Shown here piece after piece: positions 11,527 through 22,301 of a DNA stretch of 64,000 nucleotides (positions are counted from its first letter, which is position 1; every line of letters begins with the position of its first letter). The stretch is from Amoebophrya sp. A120. Its lineage: Eukaryota > Protista > Dinoflagellata. The DNA lies in the NCBI GenBank assembly GCA_905178155.1, contig CAJINV010000013.1:1140392-1204391 (forward strand). The letters run 5' to 3'. Position numbers and translations under genes: made by a program. Below the pieces are notes generated by a model that did no database searches, had not been told where the DNA came from, and was given only the letters and a program-made list of their open reading frames with translations.

Positions 11527-12166
11527 TGTGCCGTGCGGCACAGGTTTCTCTGCTTCCCGAGAACCCCAGTTCTGCCGCCTGGAGCTCATACCATGCGGCT
11601 TCGGGATGCTGGTGTTCTCCGCTTCCCGAGAGCCCCAGTTTTGCCGCCTGGAGCTCGTGCCATGCGGCTTCGGGCTTCTGGTGTCGTTTTCCCGGTGTTC
11701 CGACTGACAGCAAAGCAGAAGGAACAAGACGCACCTCGGTAGGCTGGCCTACCGTCGTGCTCGCTTTTCCATTCGTGTCGACACTGAGGTTTCGCAGCTC
11801 GGTAGGCTGGCCTACCGTCTTGCTGGTGTGTTCGTTCGTGAAACAGAAGTTTGAAGTTGTTCGGAAGTTCTGTTGCAAACTCGAGAGAGAGTCAAACAAG
11901 AAAAGCTGTTTATTTGTTTGTTTTCCGAATGCCCCAGATTTGCCGTGGAAGGCCGTACCATGCGGCTTCAGGTTGCTGATGATGGAACTCATGAAATGAA
12001 CCAAACACCTGTTTAGGATTTCGCTACACCTATTTCGTGAATTCTCCACCACGTTGGAGACAAGAACCACTACAAAACAGCCTTCAAGACGCTGCCAGAG
12101 CAGCTCCTTTTGCAATCTAGTTTGTTCGTGTTCCATATCCAAATGGCCATCGTTTGCACCAATACA
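11527..12166 (+). repeat. 5' LTR (640 bp)
   Basis: TGTGCCG...AATACA. Only three differences from the 3' LTR seen by eye (11760/19929, 12006/20175, 12062/20231). Confidence 0.95.
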
Positions 12167-12168
12167 AC

Positions 12169-12181
12169 TGGGGGCTCGTTC
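12169..12181 (+). promoter_or_regulatory. primer-binding site complementary to the tRNA-Pro 3' end
   Basis: TGGGGGCTCGTTC two nt after the LTR; cf. the tRNA-Pro PBS TGGGGGCTCGTCC of gammaretroviruses. Confidence 0.8.
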
Positions 12182-12198
12182 TCAACATTCCGCACAGC

Positions 12199-13050
12199 AT
12201 GCAGCCAACTGCGGACGACTTTCATCTTCTGAGTGGCCTAGCGGAGGGAACCACGAACACCCGCGAGAAGACCTCCTGCGCGCGTAGTAATCTCCTCTTC
12301 GCGCTGACTGAACTACAGCAGGACACCTTCGGAGCAGTGCAAAGAACCTTCGCCACCCTCACAACAGAAAAGGACCAGCCCGGCCGCGACTTGCACAGGC
12401 GCGTGCAGCTGCAGTCGGCCTTTAGAAAAGTCAACACCAACAGCGACAAACGCTACGCCGAGTTTCTCACGGAGCTGGTGAATCAGCTGCCGCAGGAGAT
12501 CCCCCAGGACTCCCGGAATTCCTACCACAAGATCATCGGCAGTTGGCCGAGTCTTTCTAAGGAAAGCCGGAATAAGTTGCGCGCGGGCCAGAAGCTTTCG
12601 CAGGTCATTTCCGACCAGCGCAGGGCCGAGCTCTGGCGTACGCAGACTTTTCACGGGGTGGAGGAGGACGTCGATCTTTCGACATATCCAACCGGCGCGA
12701 ACGCACACGCACAGGCCGGCGTTTTTCGCCACAGGAAAGTCCCGATTGGTAGCGGGTTCGTGCCGGCGTCCACGGTGCACGAGATTCAGACGACCAAGTT
12801 TGGGGCGACGTTCACCTGTGTCACCACCACCGGGGAAAAACGTATTTACAGCTTTTGCAACTTCTCAGATACTGCCTTTGAGCTCGTTCCGCATGAAAGA
12901 ATAACCGCCGAACGTCTCGCGTTTTTCGACTGGTTTTTGCGTGCGGCGGAGGCGCATCGCTGGTTGCTCAACCACACACCTCTGCCGGAGGAGCGCAGCT
13001 GGCGCTGCGCTTTCGTCTACTCGTCTATCGTTTGCTTTGCTCCCACCTAG
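12199..13050 (+). CDS. retrotransposon upstream ORF (ORF0, 283 aa), unknown function
   Basis: ATG immediately after the PBS, coding-like GC3 bias; overlaps the gag-pol frame (+1) from 12941. Confidence 0.7.
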   Translation: MQPTADDFHLLSGLAEGTTNTREKTSCARSNLLFALTELQQDTFGAVQRTFATLTTEKDQPGRDLHRRVQLQSAFRKVNTNSDKRYAEFLTELVNQLPQEIPQDSRNSYHKIIGSWPSLSKESRNKLRAGQKLSQVISDQRRAELWRTQTFHGVEEDVDLSTYPTGANAHAQAGVFRHRKVPIGSGFVPASTVHEIQTTKFGATFTCVTTTGEKRIYSFCNFSDTAFELVPHERITAERLAFFDWFLRAAEAHRWLLNHTPLPEERSWRCAFVYSSIVCFAPT

Positions 13051-13084
13051 CAGCGTTGCTGCTGCTAACCCGACCGAGCACACC

Positions 13085-16000
13085 ATGTCGCGCGTGGTGT
13101 GGACCCAGGGTTTCGTAACCTGGAGCGAGGAGGTCGGCGAGATCATCTACCTGGACCGCACAAACAGCCGAGCCGTCAAGGTTTTCGCGCAGGAAACCTC
13201 CGACTTGGTTAACTTCCACTGCGAGGTGGAGGACGAGGACGGCCACGCCCGTCGCTACAACATCCACCTGCTGAACGTGAAGGAGCTGGGCCTCGTCGCC
13301 GGCTCCCGCCGTGCATTGCTGCCCGGGCAGTGCGCCGCTGTGCTCGATGCCTGTTCCGCTTTCGGCATCGACTTGGAAGTTACGCCGGACGCAGACACCC
13401 CGGCTGCGCCCACAAGTTTTACACATCCCGCCGCAGACGCGGGCACCAACAAGCCCTCCTTCGGGTTTGGGCGTTCTGCCAGCAAGACCGCTTCCTCGAA
13501 GACAACTACCTCCGCCGCGTCGGAGTCCGACCAAGAGCAGAAGCTTCTCGAGAAACGAATCCAGCAGGTGAAGACACTGCAGCAGCACAAGATCACTTTC
13601 GCAACCCCGGACGAGTACGCCGCGCAGATGAAGAAGTTCCGCCAGGACTGTGTCGACAACAACCTGACCGACCCCAAGGCGTTCACTCGCACCCTGCGGG
13701 CCTGCGCCGCTCCGAAGACGACGGCGGAGCAGCTTCTCGACGAGTTCATAACCACCATTGGCACGGACACGCTGTATGGCGACGGCAACGCTCTGGACGA
13801 GGACCAGTGGCACGACATCCGCGAGACACTTCTCAACAGCTACCTGCCCGACGGCATCGGCTGGGGTCACGACAAGCGGCCGCAGAAGGCAATGTCGGCG
13901 TTCCGGAGTTTGTCGGCGACGGCGCAAACCTTTTCCAGCGTCGAGCAGTGGGACAAGTTCATGTACCAGTTCAAGGACCTCCGGCAGAAGATGCACGACG
14001 CCGGAGTGCAGAAGGACGAGTTGCGGGAGATGAGCGACCTGATCGACAAGCTTCCGGGGGAGATCCAGCAGTGGCTGGAGCGTCTGCCGGAAGGATCGGA
14101 GCCCACGTGCATCGAAGAACGTAATGTCGACCTGCTCCGTATCGTCGACCCCACCAACCCGCTGTGTGCTCCGGACGCGCCGAAGCAGCGGTCTCTCGTC
14201 GCCGCCATGCGCAAGTGGATCTCGTCGGGAAAGTTGCCCAAGGTGACGCTCGCGATCGACAACCGACGACCGCCCGACCGGGCAGGACCGGGGCAGCAGG
14301 GGTGGCGTGGAGCACCCGGTGGCGGGCCACCGGGCGGCTCGCGGGCGCAGAACACGATCAAGGACGAAGACCGTATTCCCGCTGGACTACTTCCCCCAGG
14401 TACGGAGACCTTCCCCGCGACCATCAAGGCCAGCACCGGCAAGCAGTGGTCGCTCCCGACGGGTCCGGTGTTGGACTGCAAGCGGTGTAAGGGCCGCCAC
14501 CCGAAGGTGAAAGGCGCGGACACGGACTTCTGCCCGAACGTCAACAGCGACGATCCGGGTGCCCTTGTGCGTTCCGGAACCAAGTGCAACTTCGTCTATG
14601 CGGACGGGACCAAGTGCGATGGCGGGGGCCACGTAAAGATCCACCACTATGGACCGGGGGCGGCGCGGCGGCGTCGCTCTACCACTCTGGCGACCGATCG
14701 CGGCATTTGCCCGGAGGCTGGGGACGAGGACGGGTTGCCGGAGCAGCTGACCATCACGCCGGAGGACATTGAGCGCGGCGTGATCAGCGCGGAAACCTTC
14801 TTCACCGCGTCGACCACCGAAGGCCAGCCCGGTGGCTTTCGCCAGCTGATCGAAGACGGAGCAGCCGTTGCCGAGTTTGCTGAGGCCGACTTTGAGCAGG
14901 AATCCTGGCACGGGGTCGCTGGCGACCTCGCCCAGGAGCTCTTGCACGGACCACCAGCACCCCTTCCCGAGGTTGGGGGCGGGGATCTCGCGTCCACGTT
15001 CAACCTCCAGTCCGCGTTCGTTTTTCTCACCAGCAAGAAGGACACTTTGGAGACGACTGTGAAGGTCGGCGGCTCCTACCTTGCCCTCAAGGAGGACACC
15101 TGCTCCGCGACGAACATCATGGATGAGGCCGGGTACGAGGAGCTGAAGAACAACCCCCACACCGCGAGCGCCTGCGTGTCGGAGTTCGTCGGCCCGGAAG
15201 TGGAGTTCATCTCCTACGACCAAGAGCATATCCCCAAAACCTCCAACCGGTACGCGATCGTCGACGTCGATCGGGTGTGCGAAAGTGGCAACACCGTGAA
15301 GCGCCGCTACGCATTCCTCCTGCTGGCGGGGTTGAGTTTCTTCTTTCTCCTTGGGTGGCCGACTTTGGAAAGTGAAGGGGCGCAGCCGTGCTACCAAACC
15401 ACGGGCCCGCAGCGCAGTGAACACGTCGGCACCTACTACCAGAGCCTCGACGTGTACACGCCCCGGGACCTCCTCCACGTCCTGCAGGACGACAGCGACC
15501 AGTACCACCACGGCGACCATGTGTTGCACAACAACCCGAAGCAAGTGTTCTCCATCGCGCGGAAGCAGGAGAAGGCGAAGTGGTATGGGGATCTCGAGGC
15601 CCTTGACAAGGCCATCAAGGAGGAGGACGACGCCCGGGCGGCACTACGGAAGGTCAAACCCGGTTCCAAGGAGCACCAAGGCATTCTCTTGCAGGACGCC
15701 AGAGAGAAGTACGCGTGGCTTCCGCCGAAAGCGCGCGACCGGTTTGAAAATTTCTTGAAGAAGTACGCGGCCGCCTTGCACGTTCCGGGCATACCCTTCT
15801 CCACGCGACCAATGAAGGGCCAGCCCATCGAGATCGACCCGGACCTTTTGCGCAAGTACGAGCGGCAGCTGTGCTCCCGGAAGAGCTTTCAGTATTCCGA
15901 GTTCGACCGTCGTCGCCTGGCGGCGCACCTGCGCTGGGCGGTTGAGGATGGTCACCTTTACAAGCGCTCCACCCCGTCCAAGTACAGCAACTGCCCGTTT

Positions 16001-19000
16001 GTCACGGACAGCAATGTCGCCAAGGGGGTGCTTGGCCGCCCCGTGTACGACTACCGCGCTCCGAACCGCGTCACGCGAAGGCTGGCCTACGCGCAGCCGC
16101 GGGTCGACAACTTCCTGCGGACGGCAGCAAAGTACCGCCTTCATTCAATGGGGGACGCATACAAGGGCTTCATGCAACTACAGCTACCGGAGGAGGTGGC
16201 CGAGTTGTACACCATCCAGCTTGCGCGGGATCAGTTCACACCAACTACGATCGGCTTCGGGGCCGAGGGTTCGCCGCAAATTTTCCAAAACGAGATAGAC
16301 CAGACGCTGTCCACGCAAGCGAACAGCCAGGCCTACATCGACGACGTCCACATAGGGTCCGGCTCCTCCACGAAGACCGGTCCGCTCACTGAGCAGGACT
16401 AACTTGACCACATCGACGAGCTTGAGAAGTCCTTCGAACTTTTGCTCCGGGACGGCTGGTTGCTTAAGTGGTCCAAGTGCGACTTCTTCCAGGAAGAACC
16501 CAAGATCCTCGGCTTCCAGGTCTCGCGGGGAGGTGTTCACGTGTGTGGGCCCCGTTTTGACGAGCTCGCAAACCTCCCGGAACCGCAGACGGCCAGTGAT
16601 GTGAATTCCGCCCGGTGCCTCGCTGTTTGGCTCAGTGAGTACTACCCGTGCTTCTCCCACTGTATCGCGCCGCTCAACCGGTTCGGAACCAAAAAGGCGA
16701 CGATCCAGGACTTCCGCAACGACCCAGACGCGCAGGCAGCCTGGAAGTACTTGAAGACCTGTCTCGCGAAGGTTGTGTTTGAGCTGCCAGACGACGACGG
16801 CGAGTATGTTCTGTATTCGGACGCCTCCGACATCGCCTACGGCTATGTCCTCACCCAGCACTATCCTGGCACCGACCGCCGGCCTAAGCTCATCAAGGCG
16901 GGGTCCCGCTGCTTCCGCGCGGCGGAGGTTTTTTGGACTACCGGCGAGAAGGAAATGAACGGCATCAAGGAGGGCATTGAGGACTGCGCTCTGTGCGTTG
17001 GTGGGCGTGACTGCCTCGTGCTTACGGACCACAAGAACCACGTTGGCAAGGTTGAGACGGAGTTGAACCATACGCGCGTCATCAAGAAGACGATCCGCTG
17101 GTGCATCGACATCGAGGCCCACACCAACTTCCGTCGGTCGTACATACCCGGGGGCGAGAATTCCCTCGCGGATCTGCTCTCCCGGCGCGACTGGGTAACC
17201 GACCCGCAGTACGAGATCCTCCAGGAGGTCTCCAAAGCTTCCCGGCCGGTGCGTAACATCATCCGGGACCTTTACGGGGTTACGCTTTCCAAAGAGTTAG
17301 AAGAGCGCATTGACAACTTCGGGGAACAGTATCTACGACACAAAAAGGCGAAGCGGGCTGCTCCCGCTTCCGCCGCGCCCAAGCCGGCGGCGAAGTTTTC
17401 GAAGGCCACCTACCACACGACCCGGCGAACGACCGCCGCGTTGCTCGCGACCAGCATCGCGAACGCGGTAGCACTACCGGGGGCCCCACGTTTGCCAACG
17501 TTTCCGCAGGTCCACCCGAAGCACTGCTTCTACGTGCGGGCGGAGGATCGTGCAAAGTATCAGGACGTGCGGGTCCTGTCGGATCTCACAGACGCCGACA
17601 TCTACAGCTGCCGGATCGACACCGCGAAACGCCTCTACCAGTTTGTGTTCACTAACGAGGTGGAGACGACCCTGGGAAAGCGCAAGCGCCTCTCCTTTCC
17701 GTACAGTCTAGGAGAGCCACGCGCTGCCCGCCACCTCATGCGCATCCTGCACGGCCGCACAAACGTAACGAAGGCGACTGCGAGTGCGCAGCGCTTAATC
17801 GACCGCGCGGACCAGCAGACCCCAAACATGGTCTGGTACACGGACGACTACGACAGCTTTGCCGACCTTGTTGAGCCGGCAGGACAGCGCAACAACCACG
17901 ACGAGGGCCCGCTGCTCGCGGGTGAGCAGCCGGCCGCGGAGGCAGTTCCTGGCGCGCCTCTGCTCGCGGGCGAGCAGTCGCGCCCGGCCATGCTTCCCGC
18001 CGAGGGGGCAGAGCCGCATACAGAAACACCAAGCCACGCGGGCGAGCAGGAGGACCCCAGGCCGCTGCTCGCGGGCGAGCAGCCGGTCGTGGAGGCAGCA
18101 GGCAGCGAAGCGGGCGACGACACAGCTCCAGCTCCACCCGAAAGCGAAATCCTGGAGCCACTTCCAACCACGCCGGAGTTTTGGGCTGCTCCGCAGCCGC
18201 CGGTGTCGGTGGAAGCGTTGGCTACGGCGACGGCCCTGTACGCGGAGTCCGCTACAGGCCGCCGTCTGGTCAAAAGCAAGAAGCTGGAGCCCTGTGTCGT
18301 CGACGGACACACCCTGCTGGTTGTCTCCGTCTTTAACGATTTGAAGCAGACTTTCGAGCAGAAGGTCTTCCTGCCTCCCGCCGTTCAACAGCAAGTCATA
18401 GCATCCGTGCACACCAATCCTGGCCCCGCCGTGCACCGGGGTCGCGAGGCTACCGTCAACCAGCTCCGTAAGCACTTCTGGTTTCCGGGGATGTTCCGCA
18501 TGGTGTCAAGAGTTATCCGCCGCTGCCACATCTGCAAAGTCAGCAAGCCCGGTTTCGCCATGCAGGGGGACCCGCGCTCCACGCCTGCGCTTTTCCCCAT
18601 GCAGACCATCCAAGTGGACTTCGTCGGACCTATCCACCCGCCGTCCCGGTGTGAGGCCACCGGCCGCTCCTTTTCGTACGTGCTGACCATCATCGACCTC
18701 CTCAGTCACTGGCCCTGGTTTGTCCCGACAAGCACTTGCGAGGCGCGCGAATGTGCTACCTACATCTCCGAGCATCTCATCTGGGATTTCGGTACCCCCC
18801 TGGTGGTTCGGTCCGACAATGGCAGCCATTTCACCGCCGAAATTGTTCGGCTAGTCGCTGACGCGCTTGGGGTCGAGTGGGTCTACGGGAGCGCCTACCG
18901 GCCGCAGTCGCAGGCCGTCGTCGAGCGTTGTCACGTGGATCTCAACGCCTATCTACGCGCATTTCTGGCGCCGTCTCTCGCTTCCCGCGCGCCCTCCTGG

Positions 19001-19666
19001 CATCGTCTTCTCGGTCCGGCGCAGTGGGCAGCCCGTACTACTCCTTCCTCCGCGCTGGCGGGCGTTTCCCCCTACGAGTTCCTCTTCGGCTGGAGTCCGC
19101 CGTCCGTCTACAGCTCCCTGCGGCTGCCTGATGTTTCCTCCCAGCCGAAGACCAGCCTGGAGCGCGTTTGGGTGGACCGGCTTCACGACATGCACGCCAT
19201 CTACACGGAGGTCGTCTCGGCTTTGGTCGACAAACAGGAGCAGCAGACGTGGGAACATGGTCGCGCGCCGGCCGTTCCCGCTGGGTCTCTCGTTCTCACC
19301 AAGGCACACCCGCCCAGCAGCTCCATCTCGGGAAGGCTGCACCCCCTCGCAGATGGGCCGTTTCGTGTGGTTTCCGACCTCGGGCAAGCGCTCGTCGTCG
19401 CTACCCCGAACGGCAATAAAAAAGTAAACAAAAGACACATCATTCCCATCGAATCCAACGACAACTCTACAACAGGCGAGCAGGTGAAGTACACCATTCC
19501 GCGGCCGGTTTCCCGACCCCCACCTGCGGACATGTCCACATTCCCCGACGCACGCGCGGTTGCGGTTCCCGCTGTCCCAGCAGACACAGTTGCTTCCTCG
19601 TCTTCCTCCACTTCCAAACACAACCATGAGGAGGCAGGCACCCAGGGAAGCAGTGGCGAGCAGTAG
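13085..19666 (+). CDS. Gag-Pol polyprotein (Gag/zinc fingers, aspartic protease, RT, RNase H, spacer, integrase) with one in-frame TAA at 16400-16402
   Basis: CKRCKGRH..C finger; PR EDTCSA..LLGWPTL; RT RPVYDYR, DAYKGFMQ, FGAEGSP, YIDD, KWSKC; RH YSDAS, EKE, TDHK, NSLADLLSR; INT H..H..CHIC, VDFVGP, SDNGSHF, VERCH, GPF. The two track ORFs share a frame. Confidence 0.9.
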
Positions 19667-19695
19667 TCATGGCGCTGTCAGTCGTGGAGGCAGGT

Positions 19696-20335
19696 TGTGC
19701 CGTGCGGCACAGGTTTCTCTGCTTCCCGAGAACCCCAGTTCTGCCGCCTGGAGCTCATACCATGCGGCTTCGGGATGCTGGTGTTCTCCGCTTCCCGAGA
19801 GCCCCAGTTTTGCCGCCTGGAGCTCGTGCCATGCGGCTTCGGGCTTCTGGTGTCGTTTTCCCGGTGTTCCGACTGACAGCAAAGCAGAAGGAACAAGACG
19901 CACCTCGGTAGGCTGGCCTACCGTCGTGTTCGCTTTTCCATTCGTGTCGACACTGAGGTTTCGCAGCTCGGTAGGCTGGCCTACCGTCTTGCTGGTGTGT
20001 TCGTTCGTGAAACAGAAGTTTGAAGTTGTTCGGAAGTTCTGTTGCAAACTCGAGAGAGAGTCAAACAAGAAAAGCTGTTTATTTGTTTGTTTTCCGAATG
20101 CCCCAGATTTGCCGTGGAAGGCCGTACCATGCGGCTTCAGGTTGCTGATGATGGAACTCATGAAATGAACCAAAGACCTGTTTAGGATTTCGCTACACCT
20201 ATTTCGTGAATTCTCCACCACGTTGGAGACGAGAACCACTACAAAACAGCCTTCAAGACGCTGCCAGAGCAGCTCCTTTTGCAATCTAGTTTGTTCGTGT
20301 TCCATATCCAAATGGCCATCGTTTGCACCAATACA
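19696..20335 (+). repeat. 3' LTR (640 bp)
   Basis: Near-identical copy of 11527-12166, preceded by a short purine-rich GGAGGCAGG tract. Confidence 0.95.
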
Positions 20336-21095
20336 CCCCGAAACCTCCGCCCTCCGGGCCCCGCGGTCCCCGAAACCTCCGACCTCCGGGTCCCGCGGTC
20401 CCCGAAACCTCCGAGCTCCTGGTCCCGCGGTCCCCGAAACCCCCGAGCTCCGGGTCCCGGGGTCCCCGAAACCTCCGACCTCCGGGTCCCGGGGTCCCCG
20501 AAACCTCCGACCTCCGGGTCCCGGGGTCCCCGAAGCCTCCGACCTCCGGGCCCAATGGTCCCCGAAACCTCCGACCTCGGGGTCCCACGGTACCCGAAAC
20601 CTCCGACCTACGGGCCCCAGGGTCCCCGAAGCCTTCGACCTCCGGGTCCCGGGGTCCCCGAAACCTCCGACCTTCGGGTCCCGCGGTCCCCGAAACCTCC
20701 GACCTCCGGGTCCCCGAAACCTCCGACCTTCGGGCTCCCGGGTTCCCCGGAAACTCCGCCCGACCTTTGGGTCCCGGGGTCCCCGAAGTCCCCGACTTCC
20801 GGGGCGCGGGGTCCCCGAAACCTCCGACCTTCGGGCCCCGGGGTCCCCGAAACCCCCGCCCTTCGGGTCCCGCGGTCCCCGGGCCCTCCGAACTCCGGGC
20901 CCCGCGGTCCCCGAAACCTCCGACCTCCGGGCCCCGCGTTCCCCGGGAACTCCACCCTCCGGGCCCTGCGGCCCCCGGAAACTCCGAGCGACCGCCGGGT
21001 CCCGCGGCCCCCGAAACCTCCGCGCGCGGCGCCGCGTTCCCCGGAAACTCCGACCGCCGGGTCCCGCGGTCCCCGGAAACTCCGACCTCCGGGGC
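20336..21095. repeat. 32-bp GC-rich satellite, right arm
   Basis: Resumes in register (CCCC|GAAACC) after the 3' LTR and degenerates outward. Confidence 0.95.
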
Positions 21096-21293
21096 CGCAG
21101 GGGGCTAAGCCGCTGGGGCCTAAGGCAGCCCGCTGGGGGCTAGGCCGCCGGAGGCTAGGCAGCCCGCTGGGGGCGAAGCCGCTGGTGGCTAGGCCGCTGG
21201 TGGCTAGGCCGCCGGGGGCTAGGCAGGAGGCTAGGCCGCTAGAGGCTAGGCCGCTAGAGGCTAGGCCGCTAGAGGCTAGGCCGCTAGAGGCTA
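21096..21293. repeat. 15-bp tandem repeat GGCTAGGCCGCT(A/G)G(A/G/T)
   Basis: Directly visible; ARPLE periodicity in the ORF track. Confidence 0.85.
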
Positions 21294-22301
21294 TGGCATT
21301 TCCGCTGAAGGTTCAGAAAGGCGGGGGCGCTTGAGGCGAGGGCCGGAACATTAGAGGCCCGGCTGTGCCTGCACCACTGGGACCGCCGCCTTTCTGTGCG
21401 GCTGTGGGGAGTGCGTGAGGGTGCGGCGGGGTGCCTGCCTGGTCGTTGTTGTGTGTTGCTTTTGGTTTCTAGTGTGGAGTGAGTCAAGGGTAGCTTGCGA
21501 CTAGTAGGAATAGCAATTGAAGAACCCAACGCTACGCTAAATCTCGCAAGCGCCTGTTCGAATGCGTCGCCTGCAAGGACTTAGACGTCCTCCTGTGGCT
21601 TGCAGCTCACACACAGAATGATTCTATTTTTCATGATCTTGCGCGTCCATGGTGGTATAAATATGCATATCTCAATCAATTGATTCGCATGCTAGGTAGT
21701 GCTCGACCGCATAGTAGAGCACAATCGTCCAGCTGCAGAATAGCCACGCAGAGCTCAGTAGCAGCTTATTCCGCAAACCTGTTTTCTGCTGTACGCAGTG
21801 CGCTGGGTATCAAAAACGACACTTGTGCCCCCGCAGCATCGGTCGTGGACTCCTGATAATTTTTCCGCTGTGCAAGTTCATTCCTATCGATGCATGGCGC
21901 AAAGAATGCCAACGCCGCGCATGGCGCAATATGCATTGTTGCAAAACGAGCAATACCTAATTGCTTCTCTTGCACTTGCTATGCCTTTTGTTATGCTACA
22001 CAAGATTTATTTTTTTGTACTATGCAAAGGGGACCACGAACACCACCACAAAAGCTGCGGAAGCACAAAAATTTGCGACGCGTACTGGGGATCGAACGAC
22101 TGGGCTGACCGCGTTGTCCGGGGGTAGAGGTGCTCTTATGGAACATACAGTAAATTGGCTGCAATTTATCACTTTTCATAGACAAGGGGAATAGGCAAGG
22201 AAAACTTTCCCTACGGTTGAAGATTTGAGTGAAGTTGTCTCATGCTTCTCTTGCAATTAGGAAAAGGAGCTGGCAGTGATAAATTGCTCTCACTTTTGCT
22301 G

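Larger units (their letters stand above)
11527..20335 (+). mobile_element. full-length Ty3/Gypsy (Metaviridae) LTR retrotransposon
   Basis: Two 640-bp TG...CA LTRs, CCCC 4-bp TSD, PBS, and internal domain order Gag-PR-RT-RH-INT. Confidence 0.95.

Noticed and set aside
7461-12142. Long ORFs in several frames (519, 904, 830, 723, 709 aa etc.)
   Set aside because: Products of stop-poor tandem repeats, open in most frames, with no protein-like features.
13025-19641. Antisense and alternative-frame ORFs over gag-pol
   Set aside because: Shadow ORFs of GC3-rich coding sequence.
21300-21330. Hammerhead ribozyme (CTGAAG...GAAA)
   Set aside because: Core does not match CUGANGA and stem II is absent.
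20223-21334. 261-351 aa ORFs after the 3' LTR
   Set aside because: Satellite-derived.
7523-21475. TAGAAAC...GTTTCTA as TIRs of a DNA transposon enclosing the satellite block
   Set aside because: Match is only 7 bp and no target-site duplication flanks it.
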